Shown here in pieces: positions 20,190-28,831 of a stretch of DNA of 59,645 bases (the first letter of the stretch is position 1; each line of letters starts with the position of its first letter). Source of the DNA: a virus (Duplodnaviria; Caudoviricetes); IMG/VR virus record IMGVR_UViG_3300032073_003021, positions 1-59,645 of that record. One strand, written 5' to 3'. The notes below the pieces were generated by a model. It was not told the origin of the DNA. It searched no databases and saw only the letters and a list, made by a program, of their open reading frames with translations. Made by a program: the position numbers and the translations under genes.

Positions 20190-21455
20190 ATGGATAAAGT
20201 ATTAGAGTATGTAGTTTCAGGCACAAGTTATATGAGGTTAAGCAATCCTCAAATTGCTAACGATGAAACTAATTCAGGTATTGTTAGAACACTAATAGAA
20301 AAATTAGTACAAGACAAACATCATCACAAATTTAGTATGCTATATAACGGACATACTGAATCAGGTTTTGGAGAACGTTTCAAATCCTATAGAGAATCTA
20401 TTCATAAAGTTCATGTGGACTCAGGAGGTCTACAGGTTGTTACACAAGGATTAGATTTGACTGATGAACTAAAAGAAAAAGTTTATCGTAACCAAGCACA
20501 ATTCGGTGATGTGGGTATGTGCTTTGATGAGATTCCAGTGATACTTACAGGCGAAAGGTCAGAACGTAATGATGTAAAACAAAGGTTCTTTGATTTTGAA
20601 AACTATGAGGAGATGGCAAGAGCTACAGGTAGAAATATTAAAAGACAATTAGAAATATTTGATGAAGAAGAAAGCTCTTGTAAACCTTTTATTATTCTAC
20701 AGGGTAATTGTGTTGATACATATTTACGTTGGTATGAATGTTTACTCGGTGAAATACCAACTGAATGGCATGATAGATTAGGTGGTATAGCAATGGGAGC
20801 AGCAGGTTTAGGAACAGGCCCATTAGAAGATGTTAAAAGAGCTTTTATTGCTAGTGAAATAGAAAAAGTTTGGCAACAGGATAAAATGCACTTACACGTC
20901 TTAGGTGTAGGTAGTATTAGACGTATGTTACCCTACATTGTATTTCAACAGAATGGTTTATACAAAGACGTAGACATTTCATATGACTCTACAACACATA
21001 GTAGAGCCGTAGAAACAGGTTTATTTTACATGGGTACTGGTACAACTAAGTTTTCTAGACAAATGACTAATTTGTATAGAGAAATGTACGATAATTGCAC
21101 ACAGGAAGTCAATTTAGGTGTAGATCTTGACACATTTTACAAGATGTTGAACACACCAAGCACAAAGGCAAAAGAAGAATGGGGCGATTTACATCAATGG
21201 ATATATGTAAGGACAGCATTTACACTTATGTCAATTAAAAACTTTATGTCTCATCTAGAAACAATGATGTTGGATAAAGATACCCTAATTAAGTTTACGG
21301 GTAAAATGAAACTTGACGGACAGTTCCGTAATCTCTATAATGTAAACAATAGAGAGGACTTTGACTATTGGGAGAACAATCAATACTTAGGAGGTATGAT
21401 GAAGTCAATGTCCGTGGCGAAGGAAGCGCCAATTAATTTGGAGGAACTATTTTGA
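20190..21455 (+). CDS. dpdA: TGT-family transglycosylase, putative DNA 7-deazaguanine inserter (DpdA-like)
   Basis: HVDSGGLQ, FDEIP, ILQG, LHVLGVGS and SYDSTTH are TGT-like motifs; embedded among folE, queD and queE. Confidence 0.8.
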   Translation: MDKVLEYVVSGTSYMRLSNPQIANDETNSGIVRTLIEKLVQDKHHHKFSMLYNGHTESGFGERFKSYRESIHKVHVDSGGLQVVTQGLDLTDELKEKVYRNQAQFGDVGMCFDEIPVILTGERSERNDVKQRFFDFENYEEMARATGRNIKRQLEIFDEEESSCKPFIILQGNCVDTYLRWYECLLGEIPTEWHDRLGGIAMGAAGLGTGPLEDVKRAFIASEIEKVWQQDKMHLHVLGVGSIRRMLPYIVFQQNGLYKDVDISYDSTTHSRAVETGLFYMGTGTTKFSRQMTNLYREMYDNCTQEVNLGVDLDTFYKMLNTPSTKAKEEWGDLHQWIYVRTAFTLMSIKNFMSHLETMMLDKDTLIKFTGKMKLDGQFRNLYNVNNREDFDYWENNQYLGGMMKSMSVAKEAPINLEELF

Positions 21456-22012
21456 ATATCTTTATGTTACATGAGAACCAGCAAAAATGTGTAGAGTCAC
21501 ATTGTGATAAGCACGTTGTTAAAATGGTTATTGAATACGCACAATTATTGTCCACAGCGCACAGAGTATTAGACGGTACAATGTACATGGACAAAACTGC
21601 TAACGGTAGAAATATTAAGCGTTGGCGAATAGAAGGTGATGAAGTAAAAGAGTGGGGTTTGTACAAAGCATCTCACATCAATCATCCTTGTGGTATATGG
21701 GTAAGGCAAAGCGATGCCAACTATATGTACTTGCATAACTTGTGGTACAAACTTTGTAAAGAGTACACGCATAGATATGGTAAATTACATCTAACCGAGG
21801 CAAAACTTAGAAGCATTATTTGTAACCCACCAAAAAATATTCCATACGCTCCAATAGCAGACGTACATAATATGCCTCAAGCTATGCCTGACGATGCAAA
21901 AATACCAAATGATATTGTATCTGCATATCGAAGGTATTATAATATGTACAAATTGGATTTTGCTAGATATACAAACAGAGAGGAACCAACATGGTTAAGA
22001 ACAGGTACATAA
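21452..22012 (+). CDS. Pyrimidine-dimer DNA glycosylase (DenV/endonuclease V)-like protein
   Basis: MNIF...HCDKHVVKMVIEYAQLLSTAH, HINHPC.IW, EYTHRYGKLH, PQAMPD; TTG start. Confidence 0.8.
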   Translation: MNIFMLHENQQKCVESHCDKHVVKMVIEYAQLLSTAHRVLDGTMYMDKTANGRNIKRWRIEGDEVKEWGLYKASHINHPCGIWVRQSDANYMYLHNLWYKLCKEYTHRYGKLHLTEAKLRSIICNPPKNIPYAPIADVHNMPQAMPDDAKIPNDIVSAYRRYYNMYKLDFARYTNREEPTWLRTGT

Positions 22013-22374
22013 AAGTTAGTTTTCAGAAGGAGGGTATTCATAAATTCCCAGGAGCAGATACGAATCCTAAATACGCAACAGGAAACTGGGATGACGTCTC
22101 ATTTTTAGGATACCCTCACAGACACATCTTCCATTTTTATGTAACACTAGGTGTTTCTCATAACGATAGAGATGTAGAGTTCATACAATTTAAGCGTGAA
22201 CTAGAAAGACTGTTCACAAAGAACGTGGTACACTTAGATTACCAATCATGTGAGATGGTGGCAGAGTCACTTATAAATTACATAGAAGAGAATTATCCTA
22301 ATCGTGCAGTAAGAGTAGAAGTGTATGAGGATGATGAAAACGGAGCTATACTAGATAATGATTTATTTAATTGA
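21991..22374 (+). CDS. dpdL: QueD-paralog T-fold protein, DpdL-like (proposed CDG decarboxylase)
   Basis: LGYPHRHIF matches LxxxHRHxF; DRDVEFIQFKR, SCEM and VEVYEDDENG motifs. Confidence 0.7.
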   Translation: MVKNRYIKVSFQKEGIHKFPGADTNPKYATGNWDDVSFLGYPHRHIFHFYVTLGVSHNDRDVEFIQFKRELERLFTKNVVHLDYQSCEMVAESLINYIEENYPNRAVRVEVYEDDENGAILDNDLFN

Positions 22375-23425
22375 TTTAGAATATGTAGAAACTCGTTACA
22401 CGGCACAATGGAAAACAGAACTTCCTCAAGCTATTGCTGATGCTAACGATACTTCTGTTACAATTATAGAAGGTTCATACATAGAACAAGATGTTTCCTC
22501 AGGAACATTTTTAGATTTCTCAGCAACAAACATTTACAAATCACAGCAAGTACAAAAAATTGCTGAACTGTTTAAAAACGGTGATGTAAAAGATGGAGAT
22601 CATTTCTTATTTACAGACGCTTGGCATCCAGGTATTATTAATTTAAAATACATGGCAGAATTACAAAATATTAAAATAATTACACATGGATTATGGCACG
22701 CAGGCAGTTATGATCCACAGGACTTTTTAGGTAGAATGATAGGAAATAAAAGGTGGGTTAGAAATACAGAGTATGCCATGTTTGATGCCTTTGATAAAAA
22801 CTATTTTGCCTCACAATTTCATATAGGTTTATTTGCACAGGAAATGTTTAATGATCCTGAACAACAAAGTTATTTACAAAGCAAAATTGTTAGAACAGGT
22901 TGGCCTTTTGAATATCTAGGTAACACAATACAAAACGATACAATAGGTGTTGAAAAGGATAACTTAATATTGTTTCCTCACAGAAACGCACCAGAAAAAC
23001 AGTTAGAAATATTTAAAGATTTACAATACATGATGCCTGAATATGATTTTATTAACTGTGCAGAATATGATTTAAAAAAACAGGATTATCACAAACTATT
23101 AGGACAGGCAAAGATTGTATTTAGTGCTAATCTACAAGAAACATTAGGTATATCTTGTTATGAAATACTATTAGCAGGTGGTTATCCACTTGTTCCTGAT
23201 AGATTGTCTTATAGTGAGATGTATGATAGTGAATTTAAATATCCTAGTGAATGGACTTTAAGTTATGATGATTATCAAAGTAACAAACAGGCTATGATAG
23301 ATAGGATAAAATATATTATGGAAAACTTCAATTCAAATGAATTAAGAAGTGCAGCAGAAGAGAACACAAAAAAATTAACAGAGCAGTATTTTTCTGCTAG
23401 TAACTTATATCAGGAGCTAAAATGA
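22358..23425 (+). CDS. GT-B glycosyltransferase (GT4-like)
   Basis: FPHRNAPEKQ and ETLGISCYE (Ex7E) motifs. Confidence 0.8.
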   Translation: MIYLIDLEYVETRYTAQWKTELPQAIADANDTSVTIIEGSYIEQDVSSGTFLDFSATNIYKSQQVQKIAELFKNGDVKDGDHFLFTDAWHPGIINLKYMAELQNIKIITHGLWHAGSYDPQDFLGRMIGNKRWVRNTEYAMFDAFDKNYFASQFHIGLFAQEMFNDPEQQSYLQSKIVRTGWPFEYLGNTIQNDTIGVEKDNLILFPHRNAPEKQLEIFKDLQYMMPEYDFINCAEYDLKKQDYHKLLGQAKIVFSANLQETLGISCYEILLAGGYPLVPDRLSYSEMYDSEFKYPSEWTLSYDDYQSNKQAMIDRIKYIMENFNSNELRSAAEENTKKLTEQYFSASNLYQELK

Positions 23426-23886
23426 ATATGAAAGCGTATAACTATTATTCGACAAAAACTTATGGACACGAAGAAGGATTGTCGTGTGTATTTAGACAAC
23501 CTAATGCAACACATAGCCATTGCAGTTTACTACATGGTTATTCTTTGTCCTTTAGTTTTGAATTTGCATGTCAAACTTTAGACGACAAAAACTGGGTTGT
23601 AGACTTTGGTGGATTAAAAGAACTAAAACAATGGTTAAAAGATAATTTCGACCATAAGTTTGCAGTAGCAAAGGATGATCCTGCACTACAAGAATTTCTA
23701 GGACTAGAACAAAAAGGACTAGCAGATGTTGTTGTAATGAATGGTGTAGGTTGTGAGAAATTTGCAGAACAAGCATATCATTTTGCTAATGACTTAGTAC
23801 AAAAACAAACAAATGGCAGATGTTATGCCACACAATGTGAAGTAAGAGAACACGGGGCTAATTCGGCGATATACAAGGCGGCCTAA
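23422..23886 (+). CDS. queD: 6-carboxy-tetrahydropterin synthase QueD
   Basis: HCSLLHGYS, WVVDFGGLK, FDH, CEKFAE, EVREH motifs. Confidence 0.92.
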   Translation: MNMKAYNYYSTKTYGHEEGLSCVFRQPNATHSHCSLLHGYSLSFSFEFACQTLDDKNWVVDFGGLKELKQWLKDNFDHKFAVAKDDPALQEFLGLEQKGLADVVVMNGVGCEKFAEQAYHFANDLVQKQTNGRCYATQCEVREHGANSAIYKAA

Positions 23887-24948
23887 ATGAAAATCGCCTT
23901 AGTTACTGATACGCATTTCGGTGCGAGACAAGACAATTTACAATTCGACGCTTACTTCGAACAATTCTATACAGATTTTTTCTTTCCGTATTTACAAGAA
24001 CACGGAATAAAAACGATATGTCATTTAGGTGATATATTTGATAGGCGTAAGTATATAAACTTCAATACATTAAAGTCTTGTAAAAGATACTTCTTCGCTA
24101 AAGCAGCAGAGTTAGGTATTGAAATACATATGATACCTGGTAATCATGATACTTACTTTAAAAATACAAACGATGTCAATAGCCCTAATTTATTATTAGG
24201 AGAATATGATAACATAACATTATATGAGGAACCAACTGAAATAATGTTAGACAGACATAAGGTATTATATTTACCTTGGATATGTGGAGAAAATTATGAC
24301 AGGACTATGGCCAAAATTAAAGAATCAGATGCAAAGACTGTATTCGGACATTTCGAATTCGCAGGTTACGACATGCTTCCTGGAATGCCTAATCTTCATG
24401 GCATGGATCCTAACACTTTTGACGGTTATGATCTTGTGGTCAGCGGCCACTTTCATCATCGTCATAGCAGAGGGAATATTACATACATGGGCAACCCTTA
24501 CGAAATCACTTGGTCTGACTATGACGACCCTCGTGGATTCGCCTTATTCGACACGGTTGAAGGAAGTTTGGAATATCATGACAACCCGTTTAGAATCTTC
24601 CATAAAATTTATTACGACGATTCAACTTTCGAGGGCGTCAATGATATTAGGAACTACGATTTTAATCCTATTATTGGTGGTGTTGTTAAGCTTATTGTAA
24701 CAAAGAAAACAGATTACAAATTGTTTGATAGTTTTGTAGACAAATTATATCTTAATAACTTATTAGACTTAAAAATTATAGAAGACTTCTCAGAGTTTGA
24801 GGACGAGGCATTAGGAGATGATATTAATTTAGAAGATACAATGACACTTCTAAAAGAATATGTAGATGTAGTTGAAACAGACTTAGATAAACAAAAAATT
24901 AAAAACTTATTGCAGACACTTTATTTAGAAGCACAAGATACTATATGA
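23887..24948 (+). CDS. gp47: Recombination nuclease gp47 (Mre11/SbcD-like)
   Basis: TDTHFG, HLGDIFD, GNHD, SGHFH motifs. Confidence 0.95.
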   Translation: MKIALVTDTHFGARQDNLQFDAYFEQFYTDFFFPYLQEHGIKTICHLGDIFDRRKYINFNTLKSCKRYFFAKAAELGIEIHMIPGNHDTYFKNTNDVNSPNLLLGEYDNITLYEEPTEIMLDRHKVLYLPWICGENYDRTMAKIKESDAKTVFGHFEFAGYDMLPGMPNLHGMDPNTFDGYDLVVSGHFHHRHSRGNITYMGNPYEITWSDYDDPRGFALFDTVEGSLEYHDNPFRIFHKIYYDDSTFEGVNDIRNYDFNPIIGGVVKLIVTKKTDYKLFDSFVDKLYLNNLLDLKIIEDFSEFEDEALGDDINLEDTMTLLKEYVDVVETDLDKQKIKNLLQTLYLEAQDTI

Positions 24949-26651
24949 TACACTTTAAAAATATTAGATGGAAAAATTTCCTTTCAACAGGAAATGCGTG
25001 GACAGAAGTAGACTTTCAAAGGTCACCAAGTACATTAATTATTGGTGAAAATGGAAGTGGTAAATCCACTATGTTAGATGCTTTGACATATACTTTGTTC
25101 AACAAACCTTTTAGAAGTGTAACCATTCCTCAACTTGTTAATTCTATTAATGGGAAGAACATGGTTGCAGAAATTAACTTTCAAATAGGTAGTAAAAATT
25201 ATTTGATAAGAAGAGGATTTGGGCCTAGAATATTTGATATAGAAATTGATGGTGAAAAATTAGATAGTGATGCCAACATTAGAGATATGCAAAAGTTTCT
25301 AGAGGAAAATATCCTTAAACTTAATTACAAATCTTTTACACAGATTGTGATGTTAGGAAGTACATCATTTACTCCGTTTATGCAGTTACACTTAGGTGCA
25401 AGACGTGAGATTATTGAGGACTTACTTGACATAAGTATATTTTCATCTATGAATCAAGTCCTTAAAGGTAAGTATGTACAACTTGAAAACCAACAAAGAG
25501 TTATAGAAGGTGAAATAGAAGTAGCTAAGCAGAAAGCAAAAGTTCAAGAGGAATATATACTAACACTAGAGACAGATAAACAGGCGAAAGTCGATGACAT
25601 TCTTAAACAATTAAAGGAAGAAAAGAATGCGGTCCAGACAAATCAAGAAACGGCAAATGACCTCCATGAGGAGAAGGAGGCGCTTGGCGATGTTACTAGC
25701 ACAAAAGCGCAACTCGACAAATACCGAGACAGATTCCAAAGACAAATAGAACAACACGAAAAGGCCCTGGCGTTCTTTGAAAATAATGATGAGTGTCCTA
25801 CTTGTCAACAGGGTATACCACACGAACACAAAGATGAATTATCCTCAAAGGATAAAGATAAAATTAATGAAATACAAACGGCATTAGAAGAATTAGAGAA
25901 GAAGTATACGGAAGTTAATGCCTTATGCAACAAAGTAATTGAAATAGATGAAAAGATAATGGACGCTAATAACGAAATTATTACTCATCAAAGAATTGTC
26001 CAACGTCTACAGTTAGAACTAAATGATACAGAAACAAAAGTAGGAAATATCACAGAAGAAAAGGCAAAGTTAAAAAAATTAGCAAAAACAACTTTGTCTA
26101 AAGTAGAAGATAAAACGGACCTCACTCAAGAAGAACATTATTATAATGTAGCCAGAGCTATGTTAAAAGATTCTGGTATAAAAACTAAGATTATTAAAGA
26201 ATATTTACCTATTATTAATAAATTAGTTAATAAATATCTACAGGCTATGGACTTTTTTGTTCAATTTGACCTTGATGAAACATTTAAGGAAACAATTAAG
26301 TCTAGACACCGAGATAAATTTAGTTACGCATCATTTTCAGAAGGCGAAAAACAAAGAATAGATCTCGCATTAGTATTTACTTGGCGAACTATTGCTAAAA
26401 TGAAAAATAGCGCAAGCACTAACATACTATTATTAGATGAGGTGTTTGATAGTTCATTAGATGTGAACGGTACAGACTATGTTATGACTCTATTGAATAC
26501 AATAGGAGAAGACACGAACGTATTTGTTATATCTCATAAAGGCGATCAATTGTTTGACAAATTTAGAAGTGTAATTAGATTTGAAAAGAGGCAGAATTAT
26601 TCTGTCTTAGAAAACAGGAAACAAGAGAACGATTTTGAGCAAGGGAAGTAA
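24945..26651 (+). CDS. gp46: Recombination ATPase gp46 (Rad50/SbcC-like)
   Basis: GENGSGKS, CPTC zinc hook, FSEGEKQRID, LDEVFDSSLD motifs. Confidence 0.96.
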   Translation: MIHFKNIRWKNFLSTGNAWTEVDFQRSPSTLIIGENGSGKSTMLDALTYTLFNKPFRSVTIPQLVNSINGKNMVAEINFQIGSKNYLIRRGFGPRIFDIEIDGEKLDSDANIRDMQKFLEENILKLNYKSFTQIVMLGSTSFTPFMQLHLGARREIIEDLLDISIFSSMNQVLKGKYVQLENQQRVIEGEIEVAKQKAKVQEEYILTLETDKQAKVDDILKQLKEEKNAVQTNQETANDLHEEKEALGDVTSTKAQLDKYRDRFQRQIEQHEKALAFFENNDECPTCQQGIPHEHKDELSSKDKDKINEIQTALEELEKKYTEVNALCNKVIEIDEKIMDANNEIITHQRIVQRLQLELNDTETKVGNITEEKAKLKKLAKTTLSKVEDKTDLTQEEHYYNVARAMLKDSGIKTKIIKEYLPIINKLVNKYLQAMDFFVQFDLDETFKETIKSRHRDKFSYASFSEGEKQRIDLALVFTWRTIAKMKNSASTNILLLDEVFDSSLDVNGTDYVMTLLNTIGEDTNVFVISHKGDQLFDKFRSVIRFEKRQNYSVLENRKQENDFEQGK

Positions 26652-26940
26652 ACGTAGACCAGAAAAAGGTGACGCATACAGAAATAATTGGGACAGAATT
26701 TTTAATAAAAGGAAAGACATGATTGAAATATATGGAAAGACTAGATGTTCATTTTGTAATTCAGCAAAGGCACTAGCAGAATCAAAGGGACGTGACTATA
26801 AGTATTATCTTTTAGACGCGGATTATACTGAAGAGGAGTTTTTTGAAAAATTCCCTGGGGCTAGAACATTCCCTCAGATTGTTGTAGAGGGAAAAGCTAT
26901 TGGCGGATTTCAAGAACTACAGCAGGTACTTAAAGGTTAA
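26635..26940 (+). CDS. Glutaredoxin (main start probably ATG 26719)
   Basis: CSFC active site, TFPQI and IGGF motifs. Confidence 0.88.
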   Translation: MSKGSKRRPEKGDAYRNNWDRIFNKRKDMIEIYGKTRCSFCNSAKALAESKGRDYKYYLLDADYTEEEFFEKFPGARTFPQIVVEGKAIGGFQELQQVLKG

Positions 26941-26955
26941 CAAGTGGAATTCAAT

Positions 26956-27297
26956 ATGGAAACATATAGACCATTACCAAAAGGTTTAACGATACTAGAA
27001 TCCAAAATAGATGGATTAGGATTACACGCATCTATGCCTCATAATGCAGGAACAGTATTTGGAGAAACTCATGTCTTAGTACATAGTAGAGATAGACATG
27101 AATGGATTAGAACTCCACTAGGAGGTTTTATAAATCATAGTAATACTCCTAATTGTTTTATTACAACGGATGCGGGAGACAGAACTTTATACGCAATAAA
27201 GCCCATTAAAAAAGGCGAAGAGATAACAGTATTTTATAGATTTAAAGGGTACGATGGTATCATAGGAGATACTGGAGCACCTGACATAGGATGTTAA
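26956..27297 (+). CDS. SET-domain protein (putative lysine methyltransferase)
   Basis: SKIDGLGLHA, GGFINHSNTPNC, GEEITVFY motifs. Confidence 0.85.
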   Translation: METYRPLPKGLTILESKIDGLGLHASMPHNAGTVFGETHVLVHSRDRHEWIRTPLGGFINHSNTPNCFITTDAGDRTLYAIKPIKKGEEITVFYRFKGYDGIIGDTGAPDIGC

Positions 27298-27298
27298 G

Positions 27299-27874
27299 AT
27301 GGAAGAAGCAGTAATAACAGAAACAGAAACAACAGAACTAGATGGATTAGAATTAATCGATCCTGGAAGTGAACTATTAAAACGTGCACCGACTCCGTTT
27401 GATTTTGAACTTGATAACGCTGAGGAATTGAGCGAACAACTTATAGAAGCTATGAAAAAACTAGGAGGAGTTGGACTTTCTGCTAACCAAGTAGGAATAG
27501 ACAAATCAGTTTTTGTTATAGGAGACCAAGGAGACTTTACAAAAACATTTTTCAACCCTGTGGTTGTGGGTGTTAGTGAAGAAACAGAAGTTATGAAAGA
27601 AGGTTGTTTATCCTTCCCAGGTTTGTGGTTAATGGTATCACGCCCTAAACAAGTTTCAATTAAGTATACTGATTTAAAAGGTGAAGAAATTATTGAGACA
27701 TATGAAAGTGTAACGGCAAGAGTAATACTACATGAATACGACCACATGCTAGGGTTCAACTTTACACAAAGAGTTTCCAAAATGAAATTAGAACGTGCAA
27801 TTAAGGCGTTCAATAAAAAACTTAAAAAACACCAAAGACACTTAGCTTTACAAGCAGCTAACATAAATAACTAA
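27299..27874 (+). CDS. def: Peptide deformylase
   Basis: GVGLSANQVG, EGCLS and HEYDH motifs. Confidence 0.95.
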   Translation: MEEAVITETETTELDGLELIDPGSELLKRAPTPFDFELDNAEELSEQLIEAMKKLGGVGLSANQVGIDKSVFVIGDQGDFTKTFFNPVVVGVSEETEVMKEGCLSFPGLWLMVSRPKQVSIKYTDLKGEEIIETYESVTARVILHEYDHMLGFNFTQRVSKMKLERAIKAFNKKLKKHQRHLALQAANINN

Positions 27875-27891
27875 AAGAACAGGAGAACAAA

Positions 27892-28245
27892 ATGGCAGAC
27901 GATACTTTTGATTTCGGATTCACGGCTGTAGATGAACCAAGTGATAATGTACAGCAGCCTGGACCTGCTCTAAATAATGATGAAGTGCTTGATAAATTAC
28001 AGCAGTTAGAAGCTAAAATTTTACAAGCAGATAATTCAAATATGGTGAACGAACATAGGGCTCTTATCGAGTCAGATGTTGCAAGCAAACTTCGTGATGT
28101 TGAAGATCTTGTACTACCTTTACTATATAATTTACAAAAGAATCCTGAAAAGGAATATATTCATTGGCCAAATAGAACGACTATTATTGATAAACAAATT
28201 GAAAAAATTAAGGCGGTAACAAGATACTATGAGCGAATCAACTAA
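27892..28245 (+). CDS. Conserved T4-like hypothetical protein
   Basis: DFGFTAVDE and PLLYNL.KNPEKEYIHWPNR patterns; good SD. Confidence 0.7.
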   Translation: MADDTFDFGFTAVDEPSDNVQQPGPALNNDEVLDKLQQLEAKILQADNSNMVNEHRALIESDVASKLRDVEDLVLPLLYNLQKNPEKEYIHWPNRTTIIDKQIEKIKAVTRYYERIN

Positions 28246-28831
28246 ACCAATAAACAATCCTCAGCAACTAGGTAACGCATTCGAACGCCCGGTTGCTAGG
28301 ATATTTGATTTATATCTCTCAGGCGCAATAGAATCGGCAGAGAAATATCAGGATTGGAACCAGATTTTACGGTCATCAGGTGAAAATGATGTAATCGTAA
28401 TGCACATCAATAGCAATGGAGGTAATATATTTACTTGTATTCAATTGATGCGAAGTATAAGGGAGACTCAAGGAACAGTCGTAGCTTCAGTAGAAGGTAT
28501 GTGTTTCTCAGCAGCAACTCTTTTATTCTTAGTTTCTGATGTATGTGAAATTAGCGAGCACTCGCACTTTATGTTTCATACATACAGTTCAGGAGCTTGG
28601 GGAAAAGGTAACGAACAGTTAGAGTCAGTTATGGCTGATGATAAGTGGGCTCGTGCTTTATTTAAAGACGTATATAAAGACTTCTTATCATCAGATGAGC
28701 TAAAAGAAATGATGCAAGGTAGGGACTTTTGGTTATCAGCAGATGAAGTTACAAAACGTCTCGAGGCAAGGAATAAGAAAAACGCAAAAGCTCAACCTCG
28801 TAAAAAGCTATTGCAAAAACAAGGAAAGTAA
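28229..28831 (+). CDS. ClpP-like serine protease
   Basis: INSNGG, GMCFSAA (catalytic Ser), FMFH (His) and DFWLSADE motifs. Confidence 0.85.
   Translation: MSESTKPINNPQQLGNAFERPVARIFDLYLSGAIESAEKYQDWNQILRSSGENDVIVMHINSNGGNIFTCIQLMRSIRETQGTVVASVEGMCFSAATLLFLVSDVCEISEHSHFMFHTYSSGAWGKGNEQLESVMADDKWARALFKDVYKDFLSSDELKEMMQGRDFWLSADEVTKRLEARNKKNAKAQPRKKLLQKQGK

Noticed and set aside
20190-21455. Canonical tRNA-guanine transglycosylase (tgt) for queuosine
   Set aside because: It is divergent, lacks the CxCxxC zinc motif of bacterial Tgt, and has no queA or queF nearby; the context favours a DNA-acting DpdA-like enzyme, though this is unproven.
24284-24700. 138-aa alternative-frame ORF inside gp47
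   Set aside because: Fully nested, with no clear SD or motif; explained by local codon bias.
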